From assembly GCF_965152275.1 (NCBI RefSeq), contig NC_134234.1:39394920-39458919 (forward strand): a DNA stretch of 64,000 nt. Reading direction: 5' to 3'. A program made the position numbers and the translations under genes. This stretch comes from Natator depressus (Eukaryota). The notes under the pieces were generated by a model. That model was given only the letters and a program-made list of their open reading frames with translations. It ran no database searches and had not been told where the DNA came from. Shown in pieces: positions 8,505 to 20,228 of the stretch. Position 1 is the first letter of the stretch. Every line of letters starts with the position of its first letter.

Positions 8505-11336
8505 CTAAATCATCCCAGCCAGGGCTTTGTCAAGCCTGACCTTAAAAACTTCTCGGGAAGGAGATTCCACCACCTCCCTAGGTAACGCATTCCAGTGTTT
8601 CACCACCCGCATAACGAAAAAGTTTTTCCTAATATCCAACCTAAATCTCCCCCACTGCAACTTGAGACCATTACTCCTTGTTCTGTCATCTGCTACCACT
8701 GAGAACAGTCTAGATCCATCCTCTTTGGAACCCCCTTTCAGGTAGTTGAAAGCAGCTATCAAATCCCCCCTCATTCTTCTCTTCCGTAGACTAAACATCC
8801 CCGGTTCCCTCAGCCTCTCCTCATAAGTCATGTGTTCCAGTCCCCTAATCATTTTTGTTGCCCTCCGCTGGACTCTTTCCAATTTTTCCACATCCTTCTT
8901 GTAGTGTGGGGCCCAAAACTGGATACAGTACTCCAGATGAGGCCTCACCAATGTCGAATAGAGGGGAACGATCATGTCCCTCGATCTGCTGGCAATGCCC
9001 CTACTTATACATCCCAAAATGCCATTGGCCTTCTTGGCAATAAGGGCACACTGTTGACTCATATCCATCTTCTTGTCCACTGTAACCCCTAGGTCCTTTT
9101 CTGCAGAACTGCTGCCTAGCCATTCGGTCCCTAGTCTGTAGCGGTGCATGGGATTCTTCCGTCCTAAGTGCAGGACTCTGCATTTGTCCTTGCTGAACCT
9201 CATCAGATTTCTTTTGGCCCAATCCTCTAATTTGTCTAGGTCCCTCTGTATCCTATCCCTACCCTCCAGAGTATCTACCGCTCCTCCCAGTTTAGTGTCA
9301 TCTGCAAACTTGCTGAGGGTGCAATCCACACCATCCTCAAGATCATTTAATGAAGATATTGAACAAAACCAGCCCCAGGACCGACTCTTGGGGCACTCTG
9401 TTTGATACCGGCTGCCAACTAGACATGGAGCCATTGATCACTACCCGTTGAGCCCCACAATCTAGCCAGCTTTCTATCCACCTTATAGCCCATTCATCCA
9501 GCCCAGACTTCTTTAATTTACTGTCAAGAATACTGTGGGAGACCGTGTCAAAAGCTTTGCTAAAGTCAAGGAACAACACGTCCACTGCTTTCCCCTCATC
9601 CACAGAGCCAGTTATCTCGTCATAGAAGGCGATTAGATTAGTCAGGCATGCCTTGCCCTTGGTGAATCCATGCTGACTGTTCCTCATCACTTTCCTCTCC
9701 TCTAAGTGCTTCAGAATTGATTCCTTGAGGACCTGCTCCATGATTTTTCCAGGGACTGAGGTGAGGCTGACTGGCCTGTAGTTCCCAGGATCCTCCTTCT
9801 TCCCTTTTTTAAAGATGGGCACTACATTAGCCTTTTTCCTGTCGTCCGGGACCTCCCCCGATCGTCATGAGTTTTCAAAGATAATGGCCAATGGCTCTGC
9901 AATCACATCCGCCAACTCCTTTAGCACTCTCAGATGCAACGCATCCGGCCCCATGGACTTGTGCTCGTCCAGCTTTTCTAAATAGTCCCGAACCACTTCT
10001 TTCTTCACAGAGGGCTGGTCACCTCCTCCCCATGCTGTGCTGCCCAGTGCAGCAGTCTGGGAGCTGACCTAGTTCGTGAAGACAGTACACTGGCTTTTTC
10101 CACATCCTCTGTCACTAGGTTGCCTCCCCCATTCAGTAAGGGGCCCACGCTTTCCTTGACCACCTTCTTGTTGCTAACATACCTGAAGAAACCCTTCTTG
10201 TTACTCTTAACATCTCTTGCTAGCTGCAACTCCAGGTGTGATTTGGCCTTCCTGATTTCACTCCTGCATGCCCGAGCAATATTTTTATACTCTTCCCTGG
10301 TCATTTGTCCAATCTTCCACTTCTTGTAAGCTTCTTTTTTGAGTTTAAGATCAGCAAGGATTTCACTGTTCAGCCAAGCTGGTCACCTGCCATATTTACT
10401 ATTCTTTCTACACATCGGGATGGTTTGTTCCTGTAACCTCAGTAAGGATTCTTTAAAATACAGCCAGCTCTCCTGGACTCCTTTCCCCCTCATGTTATTC
10501 TCCCAGGGGATCCTGCCCATCAGTTCCCTGGGGGAGTCGAAGTCTGCTTTCCTGAAGTCCAGGGTCCGTATTCTGCTGCTCTCCTTTCTTCCCTGTGTCA
10601 GGATCCTGAACTCGACCATCTCATGGTCATTGCCTCCCAGGTTCCCATCCACTTTTGCTTCCCCTACTAATTCTTCCCGGTTTGTGAGCAGCAGGTCAAA
10701 AAGAGCTCTGCCCCTAGTTGGTTCCTCCAGCACTTGCACCAGGAAATTGTCCCCTACCCTTTCCAAAAACTTCCTGGATTGTCTGTGCACCGCTGTATTG
10801 CTCTCCCAGCAGATATCAGGGTGATTGAAGTCTCCCATGAGAACCAGAGCCTGCGATCTAGTAACTTCCATGAGTTGCCGGAAGAAAGCCTCGTCCATCT
10901 CATCCCCCTGGTCCGGTGGTCTATAGCAGACTCCCACCACGACATCACCCTTGTTGCTCACGCTTCTAAACTTAATCCAGAGATACTCAGGTTTTTCTGC
11001 AGTTTCATACCGGAGCTCTGAGCAGTCATACTGCTCTCTTACATACAATGCAACTCCCCCACCTTTTCTGCCCTGCCTGTCCTTCCTGAACAGTTTATAT
11101 CCATCCATGACAGTACTCCAGTCATGTGAGTTATCCCACCAAGTCTCTGTTATTCCAATCACATCATAATTCCTTGACTGTGCCAGGACTTCCATTTCTC
11201 CCTGCTTGTTTCCCAGGCTTCGTGCATTTGTGTGTAGGCACTTGAGATAGCGTGCTGTTTGTCCTGCTTTCTTAGTATAAGGCAGAAGCCCTCCCCTTTC
11301 GCGCTCTCCTGCTTGTGCTTCCTCCCGGTATCCCAC
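8505..11336 (-). pseudogene. CR1 ORF2 (endonuclease-RT), interrupted by one in-frame stop (~10380) and two frameshifts
   Basis: Four ORF pieces in three frames: 10383-11336 (frame 0), 10005-10304 (frame 0, after a stop), 9343-9822 (frame 1), 8505-9434 (frame 0). Confidence 0.75.
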
Positions 11337-11563
11337 GTCCCCACTTACCTCAGGGCTTTGGTCTTCTTCCCCCGGTGAACCTAGTTTAAAGCCCTCCTCA
11401 CTAGGTTAGCCAGCCTGCTTACGAAGATGCTCTTCCCTCTCTTCGTTAGGTGGAGCCCGTCTCTGCCTAGCACTCCTCCTTCTTGGAACACCATCCCATG
11501 GTCAAAGAATCCAAAGTCTTCTCTCTGACACCACCTGCGTAGTCATTCGTTGGCTTCCATGAT

Positions 11564-12392
11564 TCAACGATCTCTACCCAGGCCTTTTCCTTCCACGGGG
11601 AGGATGGACGAGAACACCACTTGCGCCTCAAACTCCTTTATCCTTCTTCCCAGAGACATGTAGTCTGCAGTGATCCGCTCGAGGTCATTCTTGGCAGTAT
11701 CATTGGTGCCCATGTGGAGAAGCAGGAAGGGGTAGCGATCCGAGGGCTTCATGAGTCTCGGCATTCTCTCCATCACATCGTGAATCCTAGCTCCTGGCAA
11801 GCAGCAGACTTCTCGGTTTTCCCGGTCAGGGTGGCAGATAGATGACTCAGTCCCCCTGAGGAGAGAGTCCCGCACCACCACCACCCGCCTCCTCCTCTTG
11901 GGAGCGGTGGTCATGGAACCCCCATCCCTAGGACTGTGCATCTCATGCCTTCCAATCGGCAGAGTCTCCTTCTGTTCCCTTCCCTCAGATGTATCATCCA
12001 GTCCACTCTCCGCATTAGTACCTATGGAGAGAGCATGAAAATGGTTGCTTACCTGTATCTGCACTGCTGGTACATGGACGCTCCCCTTTCTTCTTCTGGA
12101 GGTCACATGCTGCCAGATTTCTTCACCGTCCTCCTGTCCCCGCTGCGCAGCCTGCTCTGAATCTTCAGAACATTGTGCCCGTAGAAGCATATCCTGACGT
12201 CTGGTCCAGGAAATCTTCAGTTTCTCTTATGGAACGCAGAGTCGATACTTGTTTCTCCAGACCTTGAACCTTCTCTTCCAATATGGAGACCAGCTTGCAC
12301 TTTGTACAGACAAAGTCACTTTTGTCCTGTGGAAGAAAGACAAACATGGCACATCCAGTGCAGGACACAACAGCTGAACGCTCCCCATCCAT
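11564..12392 (-). pseudogene. CR1 ORF1 (N-terminal C-rich/coiled-coil segment + SGNH/esterase-like domain), split by one frameshift
   Basis: 12165-12392 MDGERSAVVSCTGCAMFVFLPQDKSDFVCTKCK... and 11564-12190 ...LLLHMGTNDTAKNDLERITADYMSLGRRIKEFEAQVVFSSILPV are in different frames. Confidence 0.7.
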
Positions 12393-12840
12393 ATTACTTT
12401 CCTTTTATGAGCTTCCTCAGGAGTTGTAGTAACTACTCAGAGAAGCCAGCAAGATGTAAGCCTCAGTGGGTTCTCCCCAGGCGAACTCCCAGGCAAACTC
12501 CCTCTGTTAGCCTCTCTGCTGTTTGCCACTCAGCTGGTTCTAGCTGACTGGCTTTTTATAGCAGTCAGGCCCACTCAAAGCTCACCTGGAACAAAGCACT
12601 CCCAATTCACACTTTTCAAACAACCAAGCAAACACACGGTCAAACTGTCCCCACAACAGACACTCAGATACTCACCAACACAGCCTCTCTAATGCAGCCC
12701 TTAGCCTACGTCCTCTCAGACAGATCCCAGGCAAACTCCCTCTGTTAGCCTCTCTGCTGTTCACCACTCAGCTGATTCACAGCTGACTGGCTTTTTATAA
12801 CAGTCAGGCCCACTCTTGAAAACTGTTACCGTGTCTCCCC

Positions 12841-14300
12841 CCCCCCCAGTCATCTTTTCTCCAGACTAAACAAACCCAATTTTTTCAATCTTTCCTCATG
12901 GGTCATGTTTTCTAGACCTTTAATAATTTTCGTTGCTCTCCTCTTTACTTTCTTTAGTTTGTCCACATCTTTACTGAAATGTGGCACCCAGAACTGGACG
13001 CAATAGTCCAGAAGAGGCATTATTAGCACAGAGTAGAGGGTAAGAATTACTTCTCGTATCTTGCTTACAACACTCCTGCTAATATACCCCCAGAATGATG
13101 TTTGCTTTTTTTGCAACAGTGTTACACTGTTGACTCATATTTAGCTTGTGATCCACTATGACCCCCAGATCCCTTTCCGCAGTACTCCTTCCTAAGCAGT
13201 CATTTCCCATTTTGTATGTGTTCCTTCCTAAGTGGAGTACTTTGCATTTGTCCTTATTGTATTTCATCCTGTTTACTTCAGACCATTTCTCCAATTTGTC
13301 CAGATCATTTTCAATTTTAATCCTATCCTCCAAAGCACTTGCAACCCCTTCCAGCTTGGTATCATCTGCAAACTTTATAATCGTATTCTCTATGCCATTG
13401 TCTAAATCATTTATGAAGATATTGAACAGAACTGGACTCAGGACTGATTCTTGCGGGACCTACTCGATATGCCCTTCCAGCTTGATTGTGAACCACTGAT
13501 AACTACTCTCTGGTAACAGTTTTTCAACCACTTATGCACTCACCATATAGTAGCTCCATCTAGGCCAGTGGTGGGCAATCTGTGGCCTGTCACAGTAATA
13601 CACTGGTGGGCCACAAGACAGTTTATTTACATTGACCATCCACAGGCATGGCCATCCACAGCTCCCAGTGGCCATGGTTCGCCATTCCCGGCCAATGAGA
13701 GCTGCGGGAAGCAGCGTGGGCCACAGCGGATTATCCTGATGGGCTGCAGGTTGCCCACCACTGATCTAGGCTATATTCCACTAGTTTGTTTATGAAAAGA
13801 TATGCCACATCTACTGCTTCCCCCATCCACAAGGCTTGCTGCCCTGTCAAAGAAAGCTATTATGTTGGTTTGACACAATTTGTTCTTGACAAATGCTCAT
13901 TGACTGTTACTTATCACCTTACTATCTTCTAGATGTTTGCGAATGATTGCTTGATTATTCATTCCATTATCTTTCCAGGTACTTGAAGTTAAGCTGACTG
14001 GTCTGTAATTCTCCAGGTTGTCCTTATTCCTCTTTTTATAGATTGATACTATATTTGCCCTCTTCCAGTCCTCTGGAATCTCTTCCATCTGCCATGAGTT
14101 TTCAAAGATAATTACTAATGGCTCAGATATCTCCTCAGTCAGCTCCTTGAGTATTCTATGATGTATTTCATCAGGCTCTGGTGACTTGAATATATCTAAC
14201 TTGTCTAAGTAATTTTTAACTTGTTCTTTCTGTATTTTAGCCTCAGAATTGACATCATTTTCACTGGCATTCACTATGTTGTTTACTAATAGGAAATTAG
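12841..14300 (-). mobile_element. Older, diverged 5'-truncated CR1 (RT region), 5' portion of the CR1 split by the nested insertion; itself interrupted by a MITE at 13560-13765
   Basis: ORFs 13897-14274 (...NYRPVSLTS...), 13079-13333 (...KDKCKVLHLGRN...), 12850-13116 (...LDYCVQFWVPHFSKDVDKLKKVKRRATK...LFSLEKR). It stops exactly where the fragment at 8109-8424 would continue. Confidence 0.7.
13560..13765. repeat. Family-B MITE (TIR ccagtggtgggcaa ... ttgcccaccactg)
   Basis: Terminal inverted repeats and internal ccaatg / cattgg boxes seen directly; inserted inside the older CR1. Confidence 0.6.
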
Positions 14301-14383
14301 TATTGAGTAAACGAACTAGTAAACTGCAGTAGTTACCTATTTTTGCATCTGCATAATGGCTGTGATTTTAACCTCGTTTTTAG

Positions 14384-14579
14384 TGTACACATGTCATTGT
14401 GGATAATGTTGCTGTACTCAGCTCTTATCATCTGAAAACTATTGAGAAGTATCGACTCCCCATTGTAAGTGCTGATTTTGTATGGAAATCAGCAGAAGAA
14501 AGAAAACTTTTACAGATTGATGACTATGAGTCTAGTAAATCATTGGAAGGTACTTCTGATCAAAAGCCAAGCTGTTACG
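14384..14579 (+). CDS. PARP4: PARP4 coding exon 2 (BRCT domain)
   Basis: Acceptor ttttAG|TGT; donor TAC G|GTAAGT (GT 14580-14581). CTHVIVDNVAVLSSYHLKTIEKYRLPIVSADFVWKSAEERKLLQIDDYESSKSLEGTSDQKPSCY vs human CTHIILDNADVLSQYQLNSIQKNHVHIANPDFIWKSIREKRLL. Ends phase 1. Confidence 0.85.
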
Positions 14580-15762
14580 GTAAGTGTATTTAGTGAAGTT
14601 TTTTACGGGCTGGTTACTTTGGAGAGGAAGATTTAATTTAGAACTAATTTCAAATGGATTAGCAACAATGGCTGTTTGCAGAAAAGTAATATAAATAGTA
14701 GCTGCAGAAAAGAAGCTGGGCATAATGGACCACACCACAGTGGAGTTTTCCCCATTGATTTTAACGGGCTTTGGATCAGGCCCTGAATCAGGAATATGGG
14801 TAAAATAATAAATTCAATCATGACAGTCTTTTTGAACCCACTGAAAAAATATCACTTGTAGTTAGCTAGAAGCTTTAGTTTGATTCAACAGTAAATATTG
14901 GGTTAACAGAATGCTACAAAGAAGGGTGTTAGTTTCTGAGACAACAAACTTTGAGGAATTATGAAATCTAGAGAACAGGATGTAATAGTAGAAGTATGAA
15001 ATTAACAGCAATGAGTATGGAAGAAGGGTTTGAACATACTATAATTAAGATACACAGACTTCAATTTTACTCAGAAAGAAAACTACAAGCAAAAAAGGTC
15101 CTAGTGACACTGAGAGACTACTCAAGAATTTGAAAATAGACCAAATAATCTGTTTTAGGTTATTAGTCCCCTCATACATTGTCTTCAATTTTTTTTTTCA
15201 GACTGAGACCCATTCATTATACCCCCTCCCCCCCCCCGTTTTTTTAAACACTTCTAAGTAACTTTTATTTCTTTTTGCTTTTTGGTGATAGCAGTGTCTC
15301 CTAATGAATTGTCATCTGTGAGTTTTGTGTGTTGTTCACCCCCTCCGTAAGATTGTAGTAAAGATGTTGTTATACTTTTCTGAACTCCTTGTAATGCAGA
15401 ATTTAGTATCTCATGGATAAATTAATATTATGGATCAGTGTGGTCTTGAAAAATAAACGCAGGTTAGGAGTCAGGAGCCCCTGAGTTCTAATCTCGGCTC
15501 TACCAGTGACTCACTGTTGGACGTTGGCCAAATAATTTTACCTCATTGCCTCAGTTTCTCTATTTGTAACCTGCTACTGTTTACCTTAGCTACCTGATAG
15601 GAGTATTGTGATGATTAATTATTTAGCGTCCATACAGTTCTTTGAACATATAAAGCACTTTGTAAATGCTAAGTAGCATTATTGATTTTTGAGCTATTAA
15701 TATGTTAAACATAAGTAAACCAGGTAGAAGGAATTATGCCAAGTAATGTATTTTGATAACAG

Positions 15763-15901
15763 GTGAAAAAAACCGCTCATCTTCTGAGCATGATATTAAG
15801 GAAAAAGAGGATACCACTGAGAAGAATGAAAACTGTGGCTCTGATCCCACTCCCTTGGAAGTCAGTGATTGCTCTGTCGGGCCCAGTATGGAGAGCATCA
15901 G
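15763..15901 (+). CDS. PARP4: PARP4 coding exon 3 (acidic linker)
   Basis: Acceptor gataacAG|GT; donor ATC AG|GTAATC. (G)EKNRSSSEHDIKEKEDTTEKNENCGSDPTPLEVSDCSVGPSMESI, analogous to human SSSEVKTEGLCPDSATEEED. Phase 1 in, phase 2 out. Confidence 0.75.
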
Positions 15902-16504
15902 GTAATCCCTCTGCCTAGCATAAAAGAAAAAATATATTTTGATATTAAGTGTGAAAGGGGGTCAGTTTACGAATTTGCCAGCATTCCTGTTAGATTTTTA
16001 AAGTTGAAATCTAACAAATTATGTTTACCAATATGTAATAGAATCCAATAGGATAAACCCTTTTCACTGAGTCCAGGGAATGTTAGCTTATTAGTTTAAC
16101 ACTAGGTTCTTTTCAGGTCAACTTTCCTGATTGAGAAGTACTGCTCACTTGCTTATTCTTAACCAATCAACAATTTATTAATTCACCAGAATCACATTAA
16201 CATAAATAATCAACAGTTCCCGACACAAGTGTAGACACAGCCAAGTGTGTGTACTACAACACAATACGGTCTTACAAGCAATTATCACAGACCAGAGTTG
16301 AGGCTCAGTAGTTATATCAGAGAACAATGCAAATTACCAAAATTTCTCATTACATTTACTTATGGATCAACAATTCTCAATCTGTTAGTACCTAACACAT
16401 TTATCACAAGTGCAAAGGTGCACTTGTCTGTAAGGCATTTTAAAGAGCATGGTTACTTCTCTTTGGCTAGATTGGTGCAAAAGGGACAAGTTTACAATAT
16501 TAAA

Positions 16505-16790
16505 AGCAAAAAGAAAAGGAGTACTTGTGGCACCTTAGAGACTAACAAATTTATTTGAGCATGAGCTTTCATGAGCTACAGCTCACTTCATCGGATGCAT
16601 GTAGTGGAAAATACAGTGGGGAGATTTTATATACACAGAGAACATGAAACAATGGGTGTTACCATACAGACTGTAACAAGAGTGATCAGGTAAGGTGAGC
16701 TATTACCAGCAGGAGAGCGGGGGGTTGGGGGGGAACCTTTTGTAATGATAATCAAAGTGGGCCATTTCCAGCAGTTGACAAGAACGTGTG
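16505..16790. repeat. Family-A element copy (arm + extended loop segment)
   Basis: aaaaagaaaaggagtacttgtggcaccttagagactaacaaatttatttgagcatgagctttcatgagctacagctcacttcatcggatgc...ttaccagcaggagagcgggg matches 3190-3330 and the loop of 45545-45995. Confidence 0.6.
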
Positions 16791-17284
16791 ACGAAAATCT
16801 CTACGCCAATTTGATTGGACTTACAAAGGAGTTAAACTCTAAAATACAGTTACCTGAGGTATCACTAGGGAGTGTAGACTCAGCAAGATAATGTGCAGTT
16901 ATTTATATTAAAGGTTGTTTTTTCCATTTCTAATCTTTGAAAAGAAATCTCACTACCTCTTATCCTCCTAACCCTGGGAGGGGGAAGAGTCCTTTCCATA
17001 TGTCTAGTCCAGGCATCAGTTGCACTTCGGATTCTGCAGCTTCTTGTGTTAGGTTCAATCTACGCTCTCGAGCACATGGTGACCTCAGTTTTATGTACTC
17101 TAGCTTCAGGTCTCGTTGGAGGAGGCCACTCTCTGATTCTTGTTGGGCATGTGCCAAATGGGTGCTGAGATTTCAGCTCTTAGTGTCTTTTCTACTTCCA
17201 CTGGTACCCAGGAGATGGCGATGGTGTATAACAAATTTCCTTAATCTTTTTTATATCAGAGGCTTTTAAAATTTGATTCATTTC

Positions 17285-17868
17285 AAGCAGGCCGGAACTC
17301 CGTCCCCCACCCCCACCCCTCCTCCTCTACCTCCTCCTGGGGCCCCGTCCTTTGGCCAGGCCAGATAGAGGCACACAGGAGCTGTGGTAGGGTGAGCACT
17401 GAGCATATTCCCCCTGTGCAGAGCTGCACCCCCAAAGCCCCTCTCCTTCCCTCTTTCTCCCCTCCCCCCCGCGTGGAGCTGCCCCCGCCCCAAGTCCCTT
17501 TTTGGCAAAACTGGGCATTTGTCCCATTTGTTCTTGCCAACTGATGATGAACAAATGCCCAGTTTTGCCAAAAAAAGTTGGGAAGTCCGGGGTAGGGCTT
17601 AAAAGGGGACTGTCCTGGCCAAAACAGGACATATGGTCACCCTAAACTGGGGGTTGGGACCCCGAGGGAGTCACGTGGTTATTACATGGGGTGTGGGTCA
17701 CAAGTTGTCAGCCTCCACCTCAAACCCTGCTTTGCCTCCAGCATTTATAATGGTGTTAAAATATATTAAAAAGTGTTTTTAATGTATAAGGAGAGGTTAC
17801 ACTTCAGAGGTTTGCTATGTGAAAGTACAACAGTTTGAGAACCACAGCCCTAGACTGTAGTAAGAGCC
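17285..17868. repeat. Composite repeat: GC-rich family-D segment (17285-17640) adjoining a family-B6-type MITE lacking its left TIR (17640-17868)
   Basis: 17640-17868 aligns to 54898-55120 (aaactgggggttgggaccccgagggagtcacgtggttattacatgggg...agtttgagaaccac). 17560-17640 is the reverse complement of part of 6900-6960. Confidence 0.5.
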
Positions 17869-17999
17869 GCCCGGGCAGTGTTTTCCCCAGGAATTGAAAT
17901 TAGGTGGGGCGTTCAAATATACGGGGTAGGGGGCAGGGCTGATGAGGGGTGAGACCATGAGGGTGATGGTGGGCTGTATGGCACCATAGTAAAAACGGA

Positions 18000-19900
18000 A
18001 AAATGTTTCATGACTATTTTATTAGATTTAACTCATGTTTTAAAATCATCACACAAATTAAAGTTGGCTACTCAAGCCTTCTATGAAGCACTACATCTAC
18101 ATCCTTCTTGGTTTCTTGTTATAATTTTGCACAACTCTGTTAATGAACTTCTTGAATGCAATGCGTTCATCTTTGGTGGCTTCTTGTGTGTACAGTACTT
18201 CCATTCCTTCAATTGATATGCTCATTAGTTCATTCACATGATCAGGCAGAAGGCAACTTCTTTCAGAACACAAAATTCTATTCAATGATGCAAAAGAACG
18301 CTCAGCTGTAGCTGTTGTGACTGGGAGTAGCAAGAGATGAATTCCTACTTCTTTCATCCCAGGAAACATAACACAAAAATCGGTTCAAGCCAAAATAAAA
18401 AAGAAGTTGAAGTAAAATCTTCATTCATTCGTCGTATGATATTCAACTCTGTGTTCAAATTCTCTATTCTGTCCTGAGTACATGGCAGCCCCATTTCTGG
18501 TAGTGCCTCACGCTGCTCAACTGTCGGTGTTTTATAGGACAGGGATCTGTAAAAGCTACGTAGAGGTTGAGTAGTATCTAGAAGTCGCTGTTGTAGATTT
18601 TTAAGAATCAAGTCTGTGTACTTTTTCAGTTGTCTTAACAAATGCTTCTTGTCCTCTTCACTTAAGGATTCAATATTAATGTCTTCATTAGTCAACTTCT
18701 GGACTGAAGTCTTTGCTTCTTCCAGTACTTTTTCAATGGATAGCTCTCTGATTCATCCAAATGTAGCTTCTGTTGCTGGACAAAGATCTACTACTGTTGT
18801 AGCAGATGCCTGGATAACATTGTTTAATGACCCAAATGGTTTCAACAGTAGAATTACAAGAAAGAGAATGGCAGTAGTCTTCTCTGAACGTAGTAGCAAA
18901 GGTAATCCACCAGCCTCACTACTTAGATCCATCCCATCTTGGTAGATACTTTCCAAAGTCAGTAATAATGGCTGGAGTAATTTTAAGACAACAGCCACGG
19001 ATTGCTCATGATAAAGCCAGAGGGTTTTCCCCGGTTGTACTAATTTGAACTTCAGTCCTAGTGTATCTTCTATATTTTCCAAGATATTCAGTCTTTTTGG
19101 ACTCTTGCTGAAAAAATAATACAATGAAGACATTAAATTTATAGCTTTTTAAATGTCTTTTGAAGAGTCTGCAGCTCGTACTGGCACTAGTTGGAGTATA
19201 TGGCCTCTGCAGTGTGTACAGGAGAGATTAGGGTTACACTTTTCTCTGAGCAAAGCTTGTACTCCACCGTGTCTTCCAGAGAAGTTTGCAGCTCCATGAA
19301 ATGCACAAGCAGCCATCTGTTTGGGGTCCAATTGACAAGCATCTAACGCTTCTAAGATGTGGGTTGTCGTAGATGCAGCTGATGTGTCTTCTATAACTTG
19401 AACATCTAGAAATGCATCTGCTGGCCTACCACTGACATCAAGATAATGTACACAATGACTTAATACTTGATGCTCATTTGCATCGATGCATTCATCAGCC
19501 ATGTATGCAAATTTTTTGAATGTTGTGAGAGAGTTCTTCACTTTTTCAGCTGTTGAGTCTTTCACTGTTGCACCACATGCTTCTTGCCAGTCAGTTGAGT
19601 TTCTTGCAGAAAGCTAGTGAGCATTTGCTGGTCTTGTTCAGAACCAGTGTTCACCTTCCGGATGAACAAGTGACAATGCACTTAACATTGGCCTCCAGTT
19701 TGTAGTGTGTGGTATCTCTTGCTTAAATAGAAAGTATGATGCCACAGCCATGTTTGTTCACATGAACTGTGTTGTGTCTCCAGCAATCTTAACAGTCTCA
19801 TTAACTCTCACCGGTGTTGTCCTTGGTCAGTGGAGACTCAGAGTTCAGAGGTGCTTTCACATGAGTTCACCTCCCAGGTGGTGGGCAAGAAAGCACCTTG
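18000..19900 (-). mobile_element. hAT-superfamily transposase relic (family 1), several frameshifts
   Basis: Minus-strand ORFs 19149-19565 (...FAYMADECIDANEHQVLSHCVHYLD...ACAFHGAANFSGRHGGVQALLREK.NPNLSCTHCRGHILQLV, hAT DDE core) and 18097-18369 (...TATAERSFASLNRILCSERSCLLPDHVNELMSISIEG, hAT C-terminal dimerisation motif). Confidence 0.7.
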
Positions 19901-20228
19901 CTCGTTCCTCCAGCTGCTCACTGTTTGCTCTGGCCACGGTTGTTCGTTGTGTCACCATTCACTTCATCGCTGTGTTGCCAATGGCCCTGCACCGTCACCT
20001 TCTGCTGCCACCTGCCACTGTGACCTCTGCAAGTTGGTCTCTTGAGGTTCCACCCAACTTCAAGTGATTTCAGCTGAGCCCTCAGTGGGGGAACCTCGCT
20101 GCTAGTGCAGACTGGGCTGTCTCTTCCACAGAAACACTGTCCCACAGCAGGCCTAAGCACTTAGACCTGATTATCAGTGATTTCAGCTGTAGTGGTCACT
20201 TAACAAAACAAAAGACTGTCTATGGCAG

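Larger units (their letters stand above)
8425..12840 (-). mobile_element. Near full-length CR1 LINE (5'UTR with tandem repeats, ORF1, ORF2 EN-RT, 3'UTR ending in ATTCTATG-type repeats)
   Basis: Minus-strand ORFs: 12165-12392 and 11564-12190 (ORF1 zinc-knuckle + esterase-like), 10383-11336 (APE endonuclease), 10005-10304 (linker), 9343-9822 and 8505-9434 (RT, ...FADDTKL...KALAGMI). 3' end ccaaccctgatattctatgattcta at ~8430. Confidence 0.85.

Noticed and set aside
12165-12392. 75-aa ORF with C-x2-C...C-x2-C motif as a possible independent small gene
   Set aside because: It is the N-terminal segment of CR1 ORF1, contiguous with the 11564-12190 ORF after one frameshift.
14399-14593. ORF-track ORF extending the PARP4 exon-2 reading frame past 14579 (…SCYGKCI)
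   Set aside because: A consensus donor (G|GTAAGT) at 14580 and the next exon at 15763 continue the PARP4 alignment. The extension is intronic read-through.
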